Program-made: the position numbers and the translations under genes
The notes under the pieces: model-generated
Database searches by the model: none
Told to the model about the DNA's origin: nothing
Seen by the model: the letters and a program-made list of their open reading frames with translations, nothing else
Part shown: positions 15,515 through 26,019 of the stretch, piece after piece
How positions within the stretch are numbered: the stretch's first letter is position 1
How the letters are laid out: every line of letters starts with the position of its first letter
IMG/VR virus record: IMGVR_UViG_3300006931_000029
Span: 62,001-126,000 of that record
Strand: one strand, 5' to 3'
DNA: 64,000 bases

Positions 15515-16572
15515 GCTGCGACCTCCTCGGCAGGAGCGCCATCAGGAGGAGGTAGGTCGAGGTCCGGAGCAGCCGGACCAGCGGCACCACCTTCTTCCGG
15601 GTTCGCCTCGGCGTCCTCTTCTTCAGTAGAGAAGGTACGCAGAAGGTCACGGATTTCGCGAAGGATTTCGAGAGCTTCTGAAGCTTCTTCGTCGACTTCG
15701 ACGTCTTCGACCTCCGCGAGGATTTCTTTGAAGATTGTGCTGTTCACGTTGCTAACTACGCTCTCGACTCTGCCAAAACGCCTGTCCAGGAACGCGGTGC
15801 CAGACCCGCTGCCGGGTTTTGGCAACTTCTTCTCGTCTTCTCGTTTTGGCTGTTCCTTGGAGGGCTTGGTTTTCGAACCGACAGGTGGCGATGGAACGAC
15901 CATCTTGGGCAGCTTCTCAGGAGCAACAGGTGGCTTGTCGGCTACAGGTTTGCCCGTCTTCGGATCGACCTGAGGGACGTTGGACTTTTGGCCCTTGTCG
16001 TCCTTTTTGTCTCCTGGTTTGTTGATGACGACCGGCTTTCCGGTTGATGTCTGTTGGCGCTGAACATTCTGAACGATCCGCTCGATCTTCTTTGAAACGT
16101 CCACTTTCTCGCCCTCGAAGTGCTCGTACTGCCCGTACACGAAATCTCTCAAGGCGAGCACGTGTTTGCACAGGCCAGGACGATTCTTCGGATTCGTGAT
16201 TCTCGGCGCTCGATTCAGCGCCTGGTTCATGCTGTTGGCGCCAACGACAGAAGAGCCTCGCTGCTTATTCGCCCAGGCCCAGCGGTATCGAAAGTCTGGG
16301 CACGTGCAGTCGACCAGACATTCTACTTTTTCCAGCGGTTTCTGTTTACTCGGCTTGAAAAACTTGATGAATCCCTTGTGACGTTTACCAGTTGTCGAAG
16401 GGAAACTCTTGAAATTGAAGATGTAGTACACGGAATCCGTGTAAGCCTCTAAGTCAAGGGGAGGTCCACGGACCGTCTTCGCTCGCATAACTCGCTTCGG
16501 TTCGGATACCGAAACGAGCTGGTCGAATGTGAGTCGCTCGAGGAGGTTTTTTACTTCGCAGAGGCAAGCCAT
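15511..16572 (-). CDS. SWIM-type Zn-finger protein with Pro/Lys-rich linker and acidic tail
   Basis: DCTCPDFRYR...PGLCKH motif. Confidence 0.7.
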   Translation of the reverse strand: MACLCEVKNLLERLTFDQLVSVSEPKRVMRAKTVRGPPLDLEAYTDSVYYIFNFKSFPSTTGKRHKGFIKFFKPSKQKPLEKVECLVDCTCPDFRYRWAWANKQRGSSVVGANSMNQALNRAPRITNPKNRPGLCKHVLALRDFVYGQYEHFEGEKVDVSKKIERIVQNVQRQQTSTGKPVVINKPGDKKDDKGQKSNVPQVDPKTGKPVADKPPVAPEKLPKMVVPSPPVGSKTKPSKEQPKREDEKKLPKPGSGSGTAFLDRRFGRVESVVSNVNSTIFKEILAEVEDVEVDEEASEALEILREIRDLLRTFSTEEEDAEANPEEGGAAGPAAPDLDLPPPDGAPAEEVAA

Positions 16573-17105
16573 TTGAGCTGCGGGACTAGTTCTCCAATAC
16601 CAACAGGGTAGGGTGAAACAGTTCCTGGCGAAGTGATGTGATAGAGTTTGTCCTCGGCTGAATCGAAAGCGTCCTCGGCTGTGCTTCCACCGTCAGCAAG
16701 TTTAGCCTGACCCTTTGACATGACTTGTGTCAACCGGCCGTTCTCTCCAAACAAGACGACCATTCCGGCATCCAACGCCTTTCTGGCTAGCTGGTTGGCT
16801 GGAAGATTTTTGAACTCAGCAGCTTCGGGCATGATCGCCGGCAGGTTTTCTCTGAAAAACTGGCGAAGCATGTCTTGGACGGAAATCGGTCCGTAGACAA
16901 TGATTCCCTCGTCCAGCCCAGGATAGTAGAAAACACCTGTGTCCACGGGAAGGCCTCTTCCAGTCTGCTCTGGATTTACCTTGTTCATCGCGTCGTCGCC
17001 GGCGTCTTCGCCGATCATTTTGCTCACGAACTTCTCGATCCGACGGCGCCGCTGAGCACCAACAGAAGAGATTGCGGCAATGAGCGGTGTGTTATCCTCA
17101 GCCAT
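16551..17105 (-). CDS. hypothetical protein
   Basis: 184 aa with TAGATAG 3 nt upstream; contains FVSKMIGED near the N-terminus. Confidence 0.55.
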   Translation of the reverse strand: MAEDNTPLIAAISSVGAQRRRRIEKFVSKMIGEDAGDDAMNKVNPEQTGRGLPVDTGVFYYPGLDEGIIVYGPISVQDMLRQFFRENLPAIMPEAAEFKNLPANQLARKALDAGMVVLFGENGRLTQVMSKGQAKLADGGSTAEDAFDSAEDKLYHITSPGTVSPYPVGIGELVPQLKWLASAK

Positions 17106-17145
17106 GAGCTATCTATCTTCCTGAGCGAGGCGCGTTCTGCATCGT

Positions 17146-19107
17146 GTGCCTGTCAATCTGAAGAGAATCTACATCCGGAACTTCGAAACAATCAAGGAAG
17201 CCACGGTAGATTTTCCTAGTTCTGGCCTGTGTCTTGTTGTCGGGCAAAACAGGACGAAGTCCAGCGTAGAATCTATCGGGTCTGGAAAGACGGCTCTCGG
17301 TGAAGCGATCAGTCGGACGCTGCTCGGCGTCCGTGGCCGATACAAAGGAGCGAAACTGGGAGCTTATAGTTCCGACCATTGTGGTAACAAAAACACGCTA
17401 ATCGAACTTGACTGCGAAGTAAACGGAAAAGTTCTCAAAATCTGGTCGGCGTATCGGTGCAAAGATTTCTCGTCGACCGGTGAGGCGTTGCGTTTCTCGT
17501 TCGATGGTAATTCGGTGGAAAGAGGGACAATTGACGAAACGCGTGAGGAGCTTAGCAAGCTGATCGGCGCAAAATCCAGCGTCGCCGAGAACACTGTCTT
17601 TGTCGACGGAGCTAGACTAAACTTCAACGATATGTCGGAAACAGAGCTGGTCGATTTATTCCTGTCGTCTCTGTCGCAGACTGATTGGGAAGCAGCCCAG
17701 AACCGCACCAAAGTCACGATTGATGCCACCGAGGATGAGTATCAAAATCTTTCTGGTCAAACTGAGGCGTCAACCAGAATGCTCAAAGACGCCGAGGAAA
17801 CACTGGCGGACCTGGAGAAGTCTCTGCCAGCGATCAACGACCGAATCAAGCTCTTGAAGGAAGAGCAGCAGATGCGAATATCCATCGCTGCGAAAAAGGT
17901 CGAGACGACAAAGCAGAAAATAGAAAAGCTCAAGGCGCAGATGGCCGAAACAAAGGTCGAGATGAAGCGTCTAGAAGCTGAGAAGGCGGCTGAATTTGCC
18001 AAGAACGAATTGGAGATTTCAAGAGCCCGTAGCGGCGTGGCCGAGTTGAGCCGAAGCTTGGATTCTTTGAATCGAGACGTCGGAGCTGCCAAGCGCGCTG
18101 TGCAGACAGCAAAGTCCACACGAAGCAACCTTGACGAGCCTACCAACTGCCCGACATGCGGTAAACCATGGGACAAGAAGCACAGCGTCGCTGCCGTTAC
18201 CAAGGCAAATGCCGACGTCGCCGCCAAAGAAGCTGAACTAACATTTCTGCAGAATGATCTAACGAAGAAGACTGACGAACGAGATCGTCTTGACGAATCG
18301 TTCCGGCAACTTCAAACTAAGCTTCGCAACAACGGCGTCTCGAAGAAAATCTCTGAATTAAGCGAAGCGTACGAAGAAGACGAAAAAGCACTAGAGGACT
18401 TGACTGACGACCTTCAGCCCTTCGAGCGCCAGCTTAACAAGGAAAGCGCTCCCATCGACGAAACTCCGTTAAAGTTTGCCCAAGACAAAATCAAAGATGT
18501 CAAGGCGCGTATCGCTAAGCTGAGCAGAGAAATCGCTGAGCACTCTTCGAAAGCAACCGAACTGTCAACCACGCTCGCAGTTCTCAACTACTGGCATAGG
18601 GCTTTCGGTCCAACAGGATTACCGAACATGATCCTTGGAGACGCGATGGGTTACATCAATCACGTATCGGCTAACGTGTCATCGATCCTCACGGGAGGTT
18701 TGCTGGAAATCAACTATTCGAATACGAAGGTCCTTGCCAACAATGCCGAAAGACCTGAATTGATGATCAACGTGAAAAACGCCACAGGAGCGACGAAGTT
18801 TCTTGGGTCTTCAAAAGGCGAAGCCGGTATTTCGAATCTCATCATCGCAGAGACTCTCAACGAGATCGGACGCGTCTGGCACCGAGTCGGTTACAGATGG
18901 TTGGACGAAGCCGTGAATTCCCAAGACAAGATGATCCGCGGTTCTGTCTACACCTACATGAGAGAGCAGGCGAGACGCCGAAACATTCTCACGTTTGTAG
19001 TCGACCACAACCAGGACGTAGAATCTCACGCCGACCACGTGCTGATCGCTGAGAAATCCAAAGAAGGTTTTACCACGTACCGCTGGGCTAGCTCTACGGC
19101 TATTTGA
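17146..19107 (+). CDS. sbcC: SbcC/Rad50/gp46-like SMC ATPase
   Basis: Walker A G.N...GSGKT, coiled coils around a CPTCG zinc hook, SSKGE signature and WLDE Walker B. Confidence 0.88.
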   Translation: MPVNLKRIYIRNFETIKEATVDFPSSGLCLVVGQNRTKSSVESIGSGKTALGEAISRTLLGVRGRYKGAKLGAYSSDHCGNKNTLIELDCEVNGKVLKIWSAYRCKDFSSTGEALRFSFDGNSVERGTIDETREELSKLIGAKSSVAENTVFVDGARLNFNDMSETELVDLFLSSLSQTDWEAAQNRTKVTIDATEDEYQNLSGQTEASTRMLKDAEETLADLEKSLPAINDRIKLLKEEQQMRISIAAKKVETTKQKIEKLKAQMAETKVEMKRLEAEKAAEFAKNELEISRARSGVAELSRSLDSLNRDVGAAKRAVQTAKSTRSNLDEPTNCPTCGKPWDKKHSVAAVTKANADVAAKEAELTFLQNDLTKKTDERDRLDESFRQLQTKLRNNGVSKKISELSEAYEEDEKALEDLTDDLQPFERQLNKESAPIDETPLKFAQDKIKDVKARIAKLSREIAEHSSKATELSTTLAVLNYWHRAFGPTGLPNMILGDAMGYINHVSANVSSILTGGLLEINYSNTKVLANNAERPELMINVKNATGATKFLGSSKGEAGISNLIIAETLNEIGRVWHRVGYRWLDEAVNSQDKMIRGSVYTYMREQARRRNILTFVVDHNQDVESHADHVLIAEKSKEGFTTYRWASSTAI

Positions 19108-19957
19108 GACCTTTGTAGCCGACGTCCACGCCGGCTTCTGATAAGATGTCGATCGTGTTGTAGAATTGCTGCTTCATGCGGTAGGCGCCCACTTGAGCCG
19201 TCAGCAATTTGTTGTCGCCGTCGAAGTTCAGCGAATTGGTGTAGCTCGGGGCGTGGACGAACGTGAACGAAAATTCTCCCATAGACGGGAGATTTCGGTT
19301 GACGTCAGCTCGACCGGAATTCAGCCAAGGACCCTTTAGCTTAGTCGACACGTTTTTCACGTAACCGATGCAGCAGATTCCCAACGCAGAAGGTCCGCCT
19401 GAACCTACCATCAAGTTTAGCACGCACGCAGGAGGAAAGAAATAGTTCGTGCCGTAAGCATTGTTTTCCACTGCGAACGTTGAACCAAGCTCTTCTTGCG
19501 GTTTGTTCGGCGCCGTACCTTTTGCTTCCTTTGCAGAGTCAGTTGACGATTCGGGAACAGACCCGCTGTCGCGCGTGATCTTTCCGGTTTGTTTTGAGTT
19601 GATGATCGGCAGTTGAAGAGCGTGTAACTTGGCGGCGATCTGCAGAATCGTCTCAGCCCCATTAACAGAGTAGTCGTCGAAGGCGTGAATCTTGAACGTG
19701 AATGGCAATTCCAACGGCGACGTGTGGTCGTACATGTGGAATCCGTCTGGTAGCAATGGGCTCTGCGTGACGCGCCATTCGCTCGTGCGCATCAGGTCTA
19801 TTTCATCTGGAAGGTTCGGAAAGTTGACAACGATCTGGTCGTCTCGTTCCGTGTCCACGGTTCGACCCTGTTCTCCGATCGCAGCCGTCTGTTTCGAGAC
19901 GAGCGTGTAGAGTTGAGCCTTCGGTTGGTTGGGAAGATTGGGAAGAGCGAGGGCCAT
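19100..19957 (-). CDS. baseplate tube-initiator-like protein (CIS-tube family)
   Basis: FPNLPDEI, PLELPFTF, PPACVL, CIGYVKNV..KGPW..NLP pattern; follows the tape measure gene. Confidence 0.55.
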   Translation of the reverse strand: MALALPNLPNQPKAQLYTLVSKQTAAIGEQGRTVDTERDDQIVVNFPNLPDEIDLMRTSEWRVTQSPLLPDGFHMYDHTSPLELPFTFKIHAFDDYSVNGAETILQIAAKLHALQLPIINSKQTGKITRDSGSVPESSTDSAKEAKGTAPNKPQEELGSTFAVENNAYGTNYFFPPACVLNLMVGSGGPSALGICCIGYVKNVSTKLKGPWLNSGRADVNRNLPSMGEFSFTFVHAPSYTNSLNFDGDNKLLTAQVGAYRMKQQFYNTIDILSEAGVDVGYKGLK

Positions 19958-19958
19958 A

Positions 19959-22511
19959 TTACATCATCATCGGCTGAGACAGCGCGTTTGCCATGTCAGT
20001 TAGTTGTGCTCTGCGAGCTTCTTCGTCTCGTTCAGCTTGAGCTTTCTTCTTCGCTGTTTCTGCAGCCTTGTAATTCTTCGAGAACTCATCTAGACGAGTT
20101 GACACCTCTCCGAGAGTCTTGATTTGTTCGTAGATCGCCCTGGAGTTTTCGACGTCTTTTGACTTGTCGATGCCTTGCACCCGCTGGTGAGCACCACTCT
20201 GAACTTCAATCTTTCGATCGAGAGCGGAGACGATGCTCTTGTTCAGTTCGTCTAGTTCCTCCGGGGTCCTTCCTTGAGATTTAACCAGGTTTTCGTACGC
20301 CTTCTGTGTAAGAGCAAGGTTTTTCCCGTTTGCCAACATCTCTCGCGTAAATCCAATGATGGCACTTCTACGTGTTTCGTCTACGCTAATGCCAGCGCCG
20401 ACTGTTTTGCTCTTGTCACTACCGCCGAACAGCGACTTGATCTTTGGCCACAGAAGAGGAAGTACGATCAACGCAAGACTGATGATGATGCCCGGAATTC
20501 CTCCAACCAGGCCGAGCAAGACTCGCAAGAGCGCTCCGCCTACGGTGCGCAACAACGTTCCTCCAAAGAATGTAGCGAGACCGCCAAGCAAGCGAGTGAG
20601 GATGCCCTTGCTAGCCGTAGCAACAAGACCTTCAGAGATGGCCGTAGTAGCAGCAGCTCTGCCGAGAAACTTTTGGGCAACTCCTGTCGCTCCAGCCGTA
20701 GCAACTCCCGTGACAACGTCTTTGAGGACTCCAGCTTTGCCTCCGCGCCCGGCCACTCCAGCGAGGGTGCTTTCAAGCGCAGAGCGTTTCAGCTGGAAAG
20801 ACAATCGAACCAAACTTGCTGTGAACGCGAACAACGCCTTGGTCGTATCCCATAGGCGGGTCACCAGAAAACCCGTTGCTACGATTCCGAACCCTACTTT
20901 CAACCAGCCAGCGATCGGGCCTAACGGACCTTCTGGTCCGAGAAGTTTGAACACGCCCATCAACTTGATCGAGAGCCAATTCAACCCGTTGAGCAACGGC
21001 GTCAGAGCGCTTCCCGCAAGCACGACAATAACTCTGCCGAGACGAGAGAACGTTTCACCTTGAAGAGCTAGCTGCTTGTTGTAGCGTTCTTGAAGATCAG
21101 AATCTTTGGCGAACAGTTCCTGTCGCTTTGCATAAAACTGAGCGAACGATACTCCAGCCGCTTGAGCTTTCTTGAATTCCTCTCCAAGCGCTTGAAGAGT
21201 TTGAGGACTAAGGCCAGTCATGTCGGCGTATGCTTCGAGCATAGGACCGCTCATTCCTTGAACAGACCTGGCGATGTTTTCAATAACTTTTGAAGCTCTG
21301 TCGCCGCTCTTCTGTAAGAAATCAATTCCGCCGGTGCCGAAGGCCAAACCCATGCCGCCGCTCTTCTTGAAACTGGAGAATCTGACCAGCATGTCGGAGA
21401 TTTCTCCTTGAACTCCCATGCTGTCTTTGATCGCTCCTTCGATGCCTGCGAGAGCAATCAAATTCTGCTTGTAGACCTTATCGTCGAACCTTGCATTGTT
21501 TCCAACAGAAAGTTTGCTTGCGACAAGCAGCATTCTCGCGTATCGAGACGCCTCATCCGCGGCGAGACCCGTGGCAGCTGTGATTTTCGAGATTGTGTTA
21601 CCGAGTTCTCGATAGCCAGTGTTTGACGCACGAGCCGTAATCTGGAGTTGGACAGCCTCTTGAACAGAAGCGCCAAGACCCTCGACTAGCATGTTGGCTG
21701 TTTCGAGCGTCTCTCGATACGCAGCCTTCGTCATCATCGCTCCGCTGACCAGTTTCGACGTCTGTGTCGAAGAAGCGACTTGCTGGTCGTAAATTCGTGC
21801 TCCGATTCCAGCCATTTCCCGCTGGATGTCCAGTAGGGTTTTAGCCGACGCGCCGGTAGAAATTTGGGCATCGAGCGACGCTTCCAACAAACTCTGCCGA
21901 TGGGCGAGATTCGTGTTGGTTTGGATGACCGCACGATTTAGCTCGTGGCTGAAAGTGAGAACCTGCGCAAAACCGGTTAGGAACGCTCCAGCTCCGACGG
22001 CTTTCGTGGCCGCGCCGAGTTTACCAATTTCTGTGGCCGCAGGCGCGGCCACATTTTTAAGGAATTGGATTTGGCCGGATAACCTCGCCGTCTCGTGGTC
22101 CATCTCAGCGATTCTCGCCGTCGTTGCGGCGAGTTGTTTCTGGAGAGGAGCCAAAACTTCCGGCCTGTTCGTCTTCGGGTTGCCAGTCGCTTTGTCAATC
22201 TTTGTCTGGATGTTCAACGTCGCATCCATCATCTTCTCGCGACGGGCCATCACGTTGTTTTGCTGAATCAACGCCTTAGTGAGAAGCTGTTGAATTTCAG
22301 CCATCTCTCTCGACTTGTTAGACATTCCGCCAGTCAGTCGAGTGAAACCGAGGCCAACAATTGAGTTCTTTTGAGCCATCGCCCCGTACTGCGCAGCGAT
22401 GGACTTAGTGATGGTGTCGATCCGTGAGGAAGACGACTCAACCTTCAAAGTCCGCTCGGCAAACTGCTGCAGTTTGGTCGCGATGTCGTTGATGTTGGGT
22501 GTGTCTGCCAT
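19959..22511 (-). CDS. tape measure protein
   Basis: About 850 aa, Ala/Gly/Leu-rich and helical with hydrophobic G/L segments. Start MADTP (22511) has TAGTTAC 4 nt upstream; the track start is 22553. Confidence 0.75.
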   Translation of the reverse strand: MADTPNINDIATKLQQFAERTLKVESSSSRIDTITKSIAAQYGAMAQKNSIVGLGFTRLTGGMSNKSREMAEIQQLLTKALIQQNNVMARREKMMDATLNIQTKIDKATGNPKTNRPEVLAPLQKQLAATTARIAEMDHETARLSGQIQFLKNVAAPAATEIGKLGAATKAVGAGAFLTGFAQVLTFSHELNRAVIQTNTNLAHRQSLLEASLDAQISTGASAKTLLDIQREMAGIGARIYDQQVASSTQTSKLVSGAMMTKAAYRETLETANMLVEGLGASVQEAVQLQITARASNTGYRELGNTISKITAATGLAADEASRYARMLLVASKLSVGNNARFDDKVYKQNLIALAGIEGAIKDSMGVQGEISDMLVRFSSFKKSGGMGLAFGTGGIDFLQKSGDRASKVIENIARSVQGMSGPMLEAYADMTGLSPQTLQALGEEFKKAQAAGVSFAQFYAKRQELFAKDSDLQERYNKQLALQGETFSRLGRVIVVLAGSALTPLLNGLNWLSIKLMGVFKLLGPEGPLGPIAGWLKVGFGIVATGFLVTRLWDTTKALFAFTASLVRLSFQLKRSALESTLAGVAGRGGKAGVLKDVVTGVATAGATGVAQKFLGRAAATTAISEGLVATASKGILTRLLGGLATFFGGTLLRTVGGALLRVLLGLVGGIPGIIISLALIVLPLLWPKIKSLFGGSDKSKTVGAGISVDETRRSAIIGFTREMLANGKNLALTQKAYENLVKSQGRTPEELDELNKSIVSALDRKIEVQSGAHQRVQGIDKSKDVENSRAIYEQIKTLGEVSTRLDEFSKNYKAAETAKKKAQAERDEEARRAQLTDMANALSQPMMM

Positions 22512-22563
22512 CTTCGTAACTACCAGCGCCAGACGGCGTCTGGCCAAGGCCAAGAAAAAAGTG

Positions 22564-22591
22564 TTTACATTTCCGTTCTAAGTCTCATGAT
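22564..22591 (+). promoter_or_regulatory. possible sigma70-like promoter for ligase
   Basis: TTTACA-N16-CATGAT. Confidence 0.4.
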
Positions 22592-24590
22592 AGCAACCAA
22601 CATGGATGATCCAGCTATCCTTGCGCGACATGCTGCGCTCACAAAGGAAATTGAGCAAGCCAATTACGAATATCACGCTACCGGTGGGTCCACGTTGACC
22701 GACGACGAGTATGACGCAAAGATGCGGGAGTTGAAGGTAATCGAAGCGTCCCGTCCAGAACTGGCCAAGAGTTCGCCTGCCAAGCGAGTAGGTGTCAAAA
22801 CCGCAGGACCGAAAGTCAAACATCAGAGGAAGATGTTGAGCCTGGACAACGTTTTCACGCCTGATGAGGCAAACGACCATTTCAAGTCCGACGTTGACAA
22901 GGTCTGGGAGCCGAAGATTGATGGACTCTCGTTGAGCCTCGTCTATTCTGCCGGCCGGCTAGTTCGCGCCACAACCCGTGGCGATGGCGTGGAAGGTGAC
23001 GATGTTACGCACAACGCCATGGTCATTCCTTCGATTCCGAAGATGATCAAATTCGGTCCCTCGGACCTCGAGGTTCGTGGAGAGGTTGTCATCTTCAAGG
23101 ACGACTTCCAAGCACTGATTGATTCGATGAAGGCAGAAGGTGATGAACCGTTCGCCAACGCCAGAAACGCAGCGTCTGGTTCGCTGAAGCTCAAAGATTC
23201 TGCCGAAGCCGCAAAACGCAAACTCTCGTTCGTAGCTTATCAGGCATTTGGGTTGGCGGACGATGTTCCCACCCACTTAGCGATGGTCGGTCGTCTTGCC
23301 GCATTCGGATTCAATACCCCCAACCGGTGGTGGACGTTAAACGAACCTTTTCAGACGGTCACCCAGGAGATGGCCGACAAGGCCGACCAAGAGCGGCGAA
23401 CAATGCCGTTTGAAACTGACGGAGTCGTGATCAAGGTTAGCAGTTTGAGGCATCGACAAGAGATGGGAGACGGGACAAAATCTCCTAGATGGGCGGTTGC
23501 GTACAAGTTTGCGCCAGAAGAAGGAATTTCGGTCTTGGAAGCTGTGGAGCTTCCGATCGGTCGGACTGGCGTTATCACGCCAGTTGCCAATCTGCGTCCT
23601 GTCCTTCTGAATGGCGCCATTGTTCGGCGTGCATCTCTCTGCAACTGGGATGAGATTGCGCGCCTGGACATAGCCGTTGGTGACGAGGTTGTGGTCGTAC
23701 GAGCAGCCGAAGTGATCCCAAAGGTTATCCGAGTCCACAAGAAAAACCCGAACCGGAAAGAGATCGTGATGCCGGTGGTTTGCCCGTGCTGCGGAGGAGC
23801 GATCGTCAAGGACGACGAGGTCGTAGCCATTCGGTGCACTAACTTGGACTGCAACGAGCAGGTCTTCCAGCGACTTTCTCATGCCGTGAACAAGACGTCA
23901 CTCGATTGGGATGGCTGCGGAGACGCCCAAATTGCCGACCTCATGGCAACTGGAAAATGCCGCTTTCTATCAGATTTTCTAGCCATTCAGGACGTTGGGT
24001 TCATGGGGGCATCCGCGAAAGTTAAGTTTCTGTCTGAGCGTGAACGGGTCAAGGGAGTGCCGTTGTGGCGCAAACTTCACTCGCTTGGCTTGGAAGGAAT
24101 TGGCAAGACATTCTGCCAGGAATTAGCGTCGAAGTATGGCGACCTGCTCAAGATGCTCGATGATAGAGACGGCGTTGTTACGATCGTCGGACCGAACAGA
24201 GCTGAGAAAATGTTTGCGCAGTTCGACCTATTGGCCGATGAGATTGGTCGACTTGACGACCTCGGATTCAAGTTCGTGGAAATACAGACCGACAAACGCC
24301 AAACAAAAGCGTCTGGCAAACAATTCGTCATCACGGGAACGATGACGACTGGTTCTCGAGACAAGGTCTCGGAACGAATCGAACAAGCTGGAGGAATCGT
24401 GAAATCTGGCGTGTCAGCCAAGACTGACTATCTGGTTGTTGGCGAAAACCCAGGAGCGAACAAGACCGCTGGAGCAAAGAAACACGGCACGAAAATCATC
24501 ACGGAAGACGAACTCTACGTGGTTCTTGAATTAGACCCGAACAATCTCCCCTCCGACCCACTCGCAAACGTCAACATCGACGAACTCTAA
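22587..24590 (+). CDS. ligA: NAD-dependent DNA ligase (alternative start 22602)
   Basis: MLSLDN, EPKIDG, TRGDG, EVRGEV, DGVVIK, PRWAVAYKF, GRTG, CPCC zinc finger and C-terminal BRCT. Confidence 0.97.
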   Translation: MIATNMDDPAILARHAALTKEIEQANYEYHATGGSTLTDDEYDAKMRELKVIEASRPELAKSSPAKRVGVKTAGPKVKHQRKMLSLDNVFTPDEANDHFKSDVDKVWEPKIDGLSLSLVYSAGRLVRATTRGDGVEGDDVTHNAMVIPSIPKMIKFGPSDLEVRGEVVIFKDDFQALIDSMKAEGDEPFANARNAASGSLKLKDSAEAAKRKLSFVAYQAFGLADDVPTHLAMVGRLAAFGFNTPNRWWTLNEPFQTVTQEMADKADQERRTMPFETDGVVIKVSSLRHRQEMGDGTKSPRWAVAYKFAPEEGISVLEAVELPIGRTGVITPVANLRPVLLNGAIVRRASLCNWDEIARLDIAVGDEVVVVRAAEVIPKVIRVHKKNPNRKEIVMPVVCPCCGGAIVKDDEVVAIRCTNLDCNEQVFQRLSHAVNKTSLDWDGCGDAQIADLMATGKCRFLSDFLAIQDVGFMGASAKVKFLSERERVKGVPLWRKLHSLGLEGIGKTFCQELASKYGDLLKMLDDRDGVVTIVGPNRAEKMFAQFDLLADEIGRLDDLGFKFVEIQTDKRQTKASGKQFVITGTMTTGSRDKVSERIEQAGGIVKSGVSAKTDYLVVGENPGANKTAGAKKHGTKIITEDELYVVLELDPNNLPSDPLANVNIDEL

Positions 24591-24802
24591 TGTCAAAACC
24601 TATTTGCCCGAAGAAAGCACTAGCAGAATGGAAAAAGACCGCTATCGGTCAATCGTCGGTCAATTTCGGATCGCTCGACAATGGCGGCCGGTTGCGTGCT
24701 CGTATTCACTTAGCGTTTATGGCGGGCTTCGACGCTGGGGCGAAAGCTGAGCACAAGAGACAGCTTCGGGCAAAGTCCGTCAAACGAAAAACGAAGGTGT
24801 GA
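24590..24802 (+). CDS. small hypothetical protein
   Basis: 70-aa ORF coupled to ligA (TAATG). Confidence 0.5.
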   Translation: MSKPICPKKALAEWKKTAIGQSSVNFGSLDNGGRLRARIHLAFMAGFDAGAKAEHKRQLRAKSVKRKTKV

Positions 24803-24816
24803 TAGTATTTTATGGC

Positions 24817-26019
24817 ATGAGTGCAACTCGTGCCATTCTCATTTCTCTCGCTCTATCGCTAGCCGGATGCTCGACCGTCCGGAATTGGACAAAGAAGCCT
24901 GTCGCGACTCCTCAGCAAGGTACGCCTGTCGGACAGGCTCAGCAGGGTACCGACTCCGCCACCGCTAAAGCGGACGAAACCAACGCGAAGGTTAGCGAGA
25001 AGGTGAAGCAAATCGGTAGTGAAGTTCGGGCTAACGTTCAAAATGCTCGTGAAGAAAACAAGCTGCAACCGGCAGGTCCTCACACCGATTCGGTCGAAGG
25101 TGAACTATCGCTCGCAGACAAGAAGTTAGTTTCCGTCCCAGTCGACCCCGTTGAATTGGCGTTGGGTCAAGCTAGACGCGAAGCAAACTTGGCCGGAAAG
25201 AGCGAGACGTACCAGAAACTCTACGAACAGTCTTCCACGAAGTCAGACACGCTTGTCAAAGACCTTGGAGCTGCTCAACAGGCTAGAGACGAGGCAATTA
25301 AGGAACGAGACGCCGCTAGAGATCGAGAAAAAACCGTGGTCAAACAGTACCAAGAAACGGTCGAACGAAACGCTACGGAGTACAAGAAGCAATGGGACGA
25401 AGAGCAACTTCGTCGAAACAAAATCGAGACCGACTTGAAAGACGGAATAGCGGCTAAGACCCAGCTGTGGTTGACAATGGGATGCTACGGATTGGGCGTC
25501 GGATGTTTCCTCTTCGCGGCGATTCGAGGCTACATGGCGTTTCAGACCGGAGGCCTTGCGTTGATGGGCGTCGTAAAATCTGCAGGTCTAGCCGTCTTCT
25601 GTGGAGCATGTTTCTTTGCCCTCGGCAAGCTCACGTCCCAGTCGTGGTTCTGGTGGGCGTGCGGGTCGGTTCTCGCTCTTTCCATCGTTTCATTCGTCGT
25701 AGTGCTTGTGGTCGACGCTCACAAAACAAAGAAAGAGCTCGTCGCTAAAAAGGAAATTCAAGACTGCACGGACGACGTTATCGCCGGAGTTGAAGATGTC
25801 AGAGCGACTAGCAAGAATCCTCCTGCGTCTGTCGTCAAAGCGATGCAGGACGAGCTAGGTGCCGGAACAACCCCTGAACAGGCAACGGCCGCCATCAAGG
25901 CGACCCTTCGTACCGTGGTTGATCCCACCATGAAAGAGTGGGTCACGGAAACTGATGGTGTCGCAGAATACGTTGACGCGCGTCGACGGGCTCTTGAACT
26001 CGTGTCGACTAAGCCTTAA
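24817..26019 (+). CDS. lipoprotein with long coiled coil and 3-4 transmembrane helices
   Basis: MSATRAILISLALSLAG-C lipobox, about 170 helical charged residues, then hydrophobic segments. Confidence 0.7.
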   Translation: MSATRAILISLALSLAGCSTVRNWTKKPVATPQQGTPVGQAQQGTDSATAKADETNAKVSEKVKQIGSEVRANVQNAREENKLQPAGPHTDSVEGELSLADKKLVSVPVDPVELALGQARREANLAGKSETYQKLYEQSSTKSDTLVKDLGAAQQARDEAIKERDAARDREKTVVKQYQETVERNATEYKKQWDEEQLRRNKIETDLKDGIAAKTQLWLTMGCYGLGVGCFLFAAIRGYMAFQTGGLALMGVVKSAGLAVFCGACFFALGKLTSQSWFWWACGSVLALSIVSFVVVLVVDAHKTKKELVAKKEIQDCTDDVIAGVEDVRATSKNPPASVVKAMQDELGAGTTPEQATAAIKATLRTVVDPTMKEWVTETDGVAEYVDARRRALELVSTKP

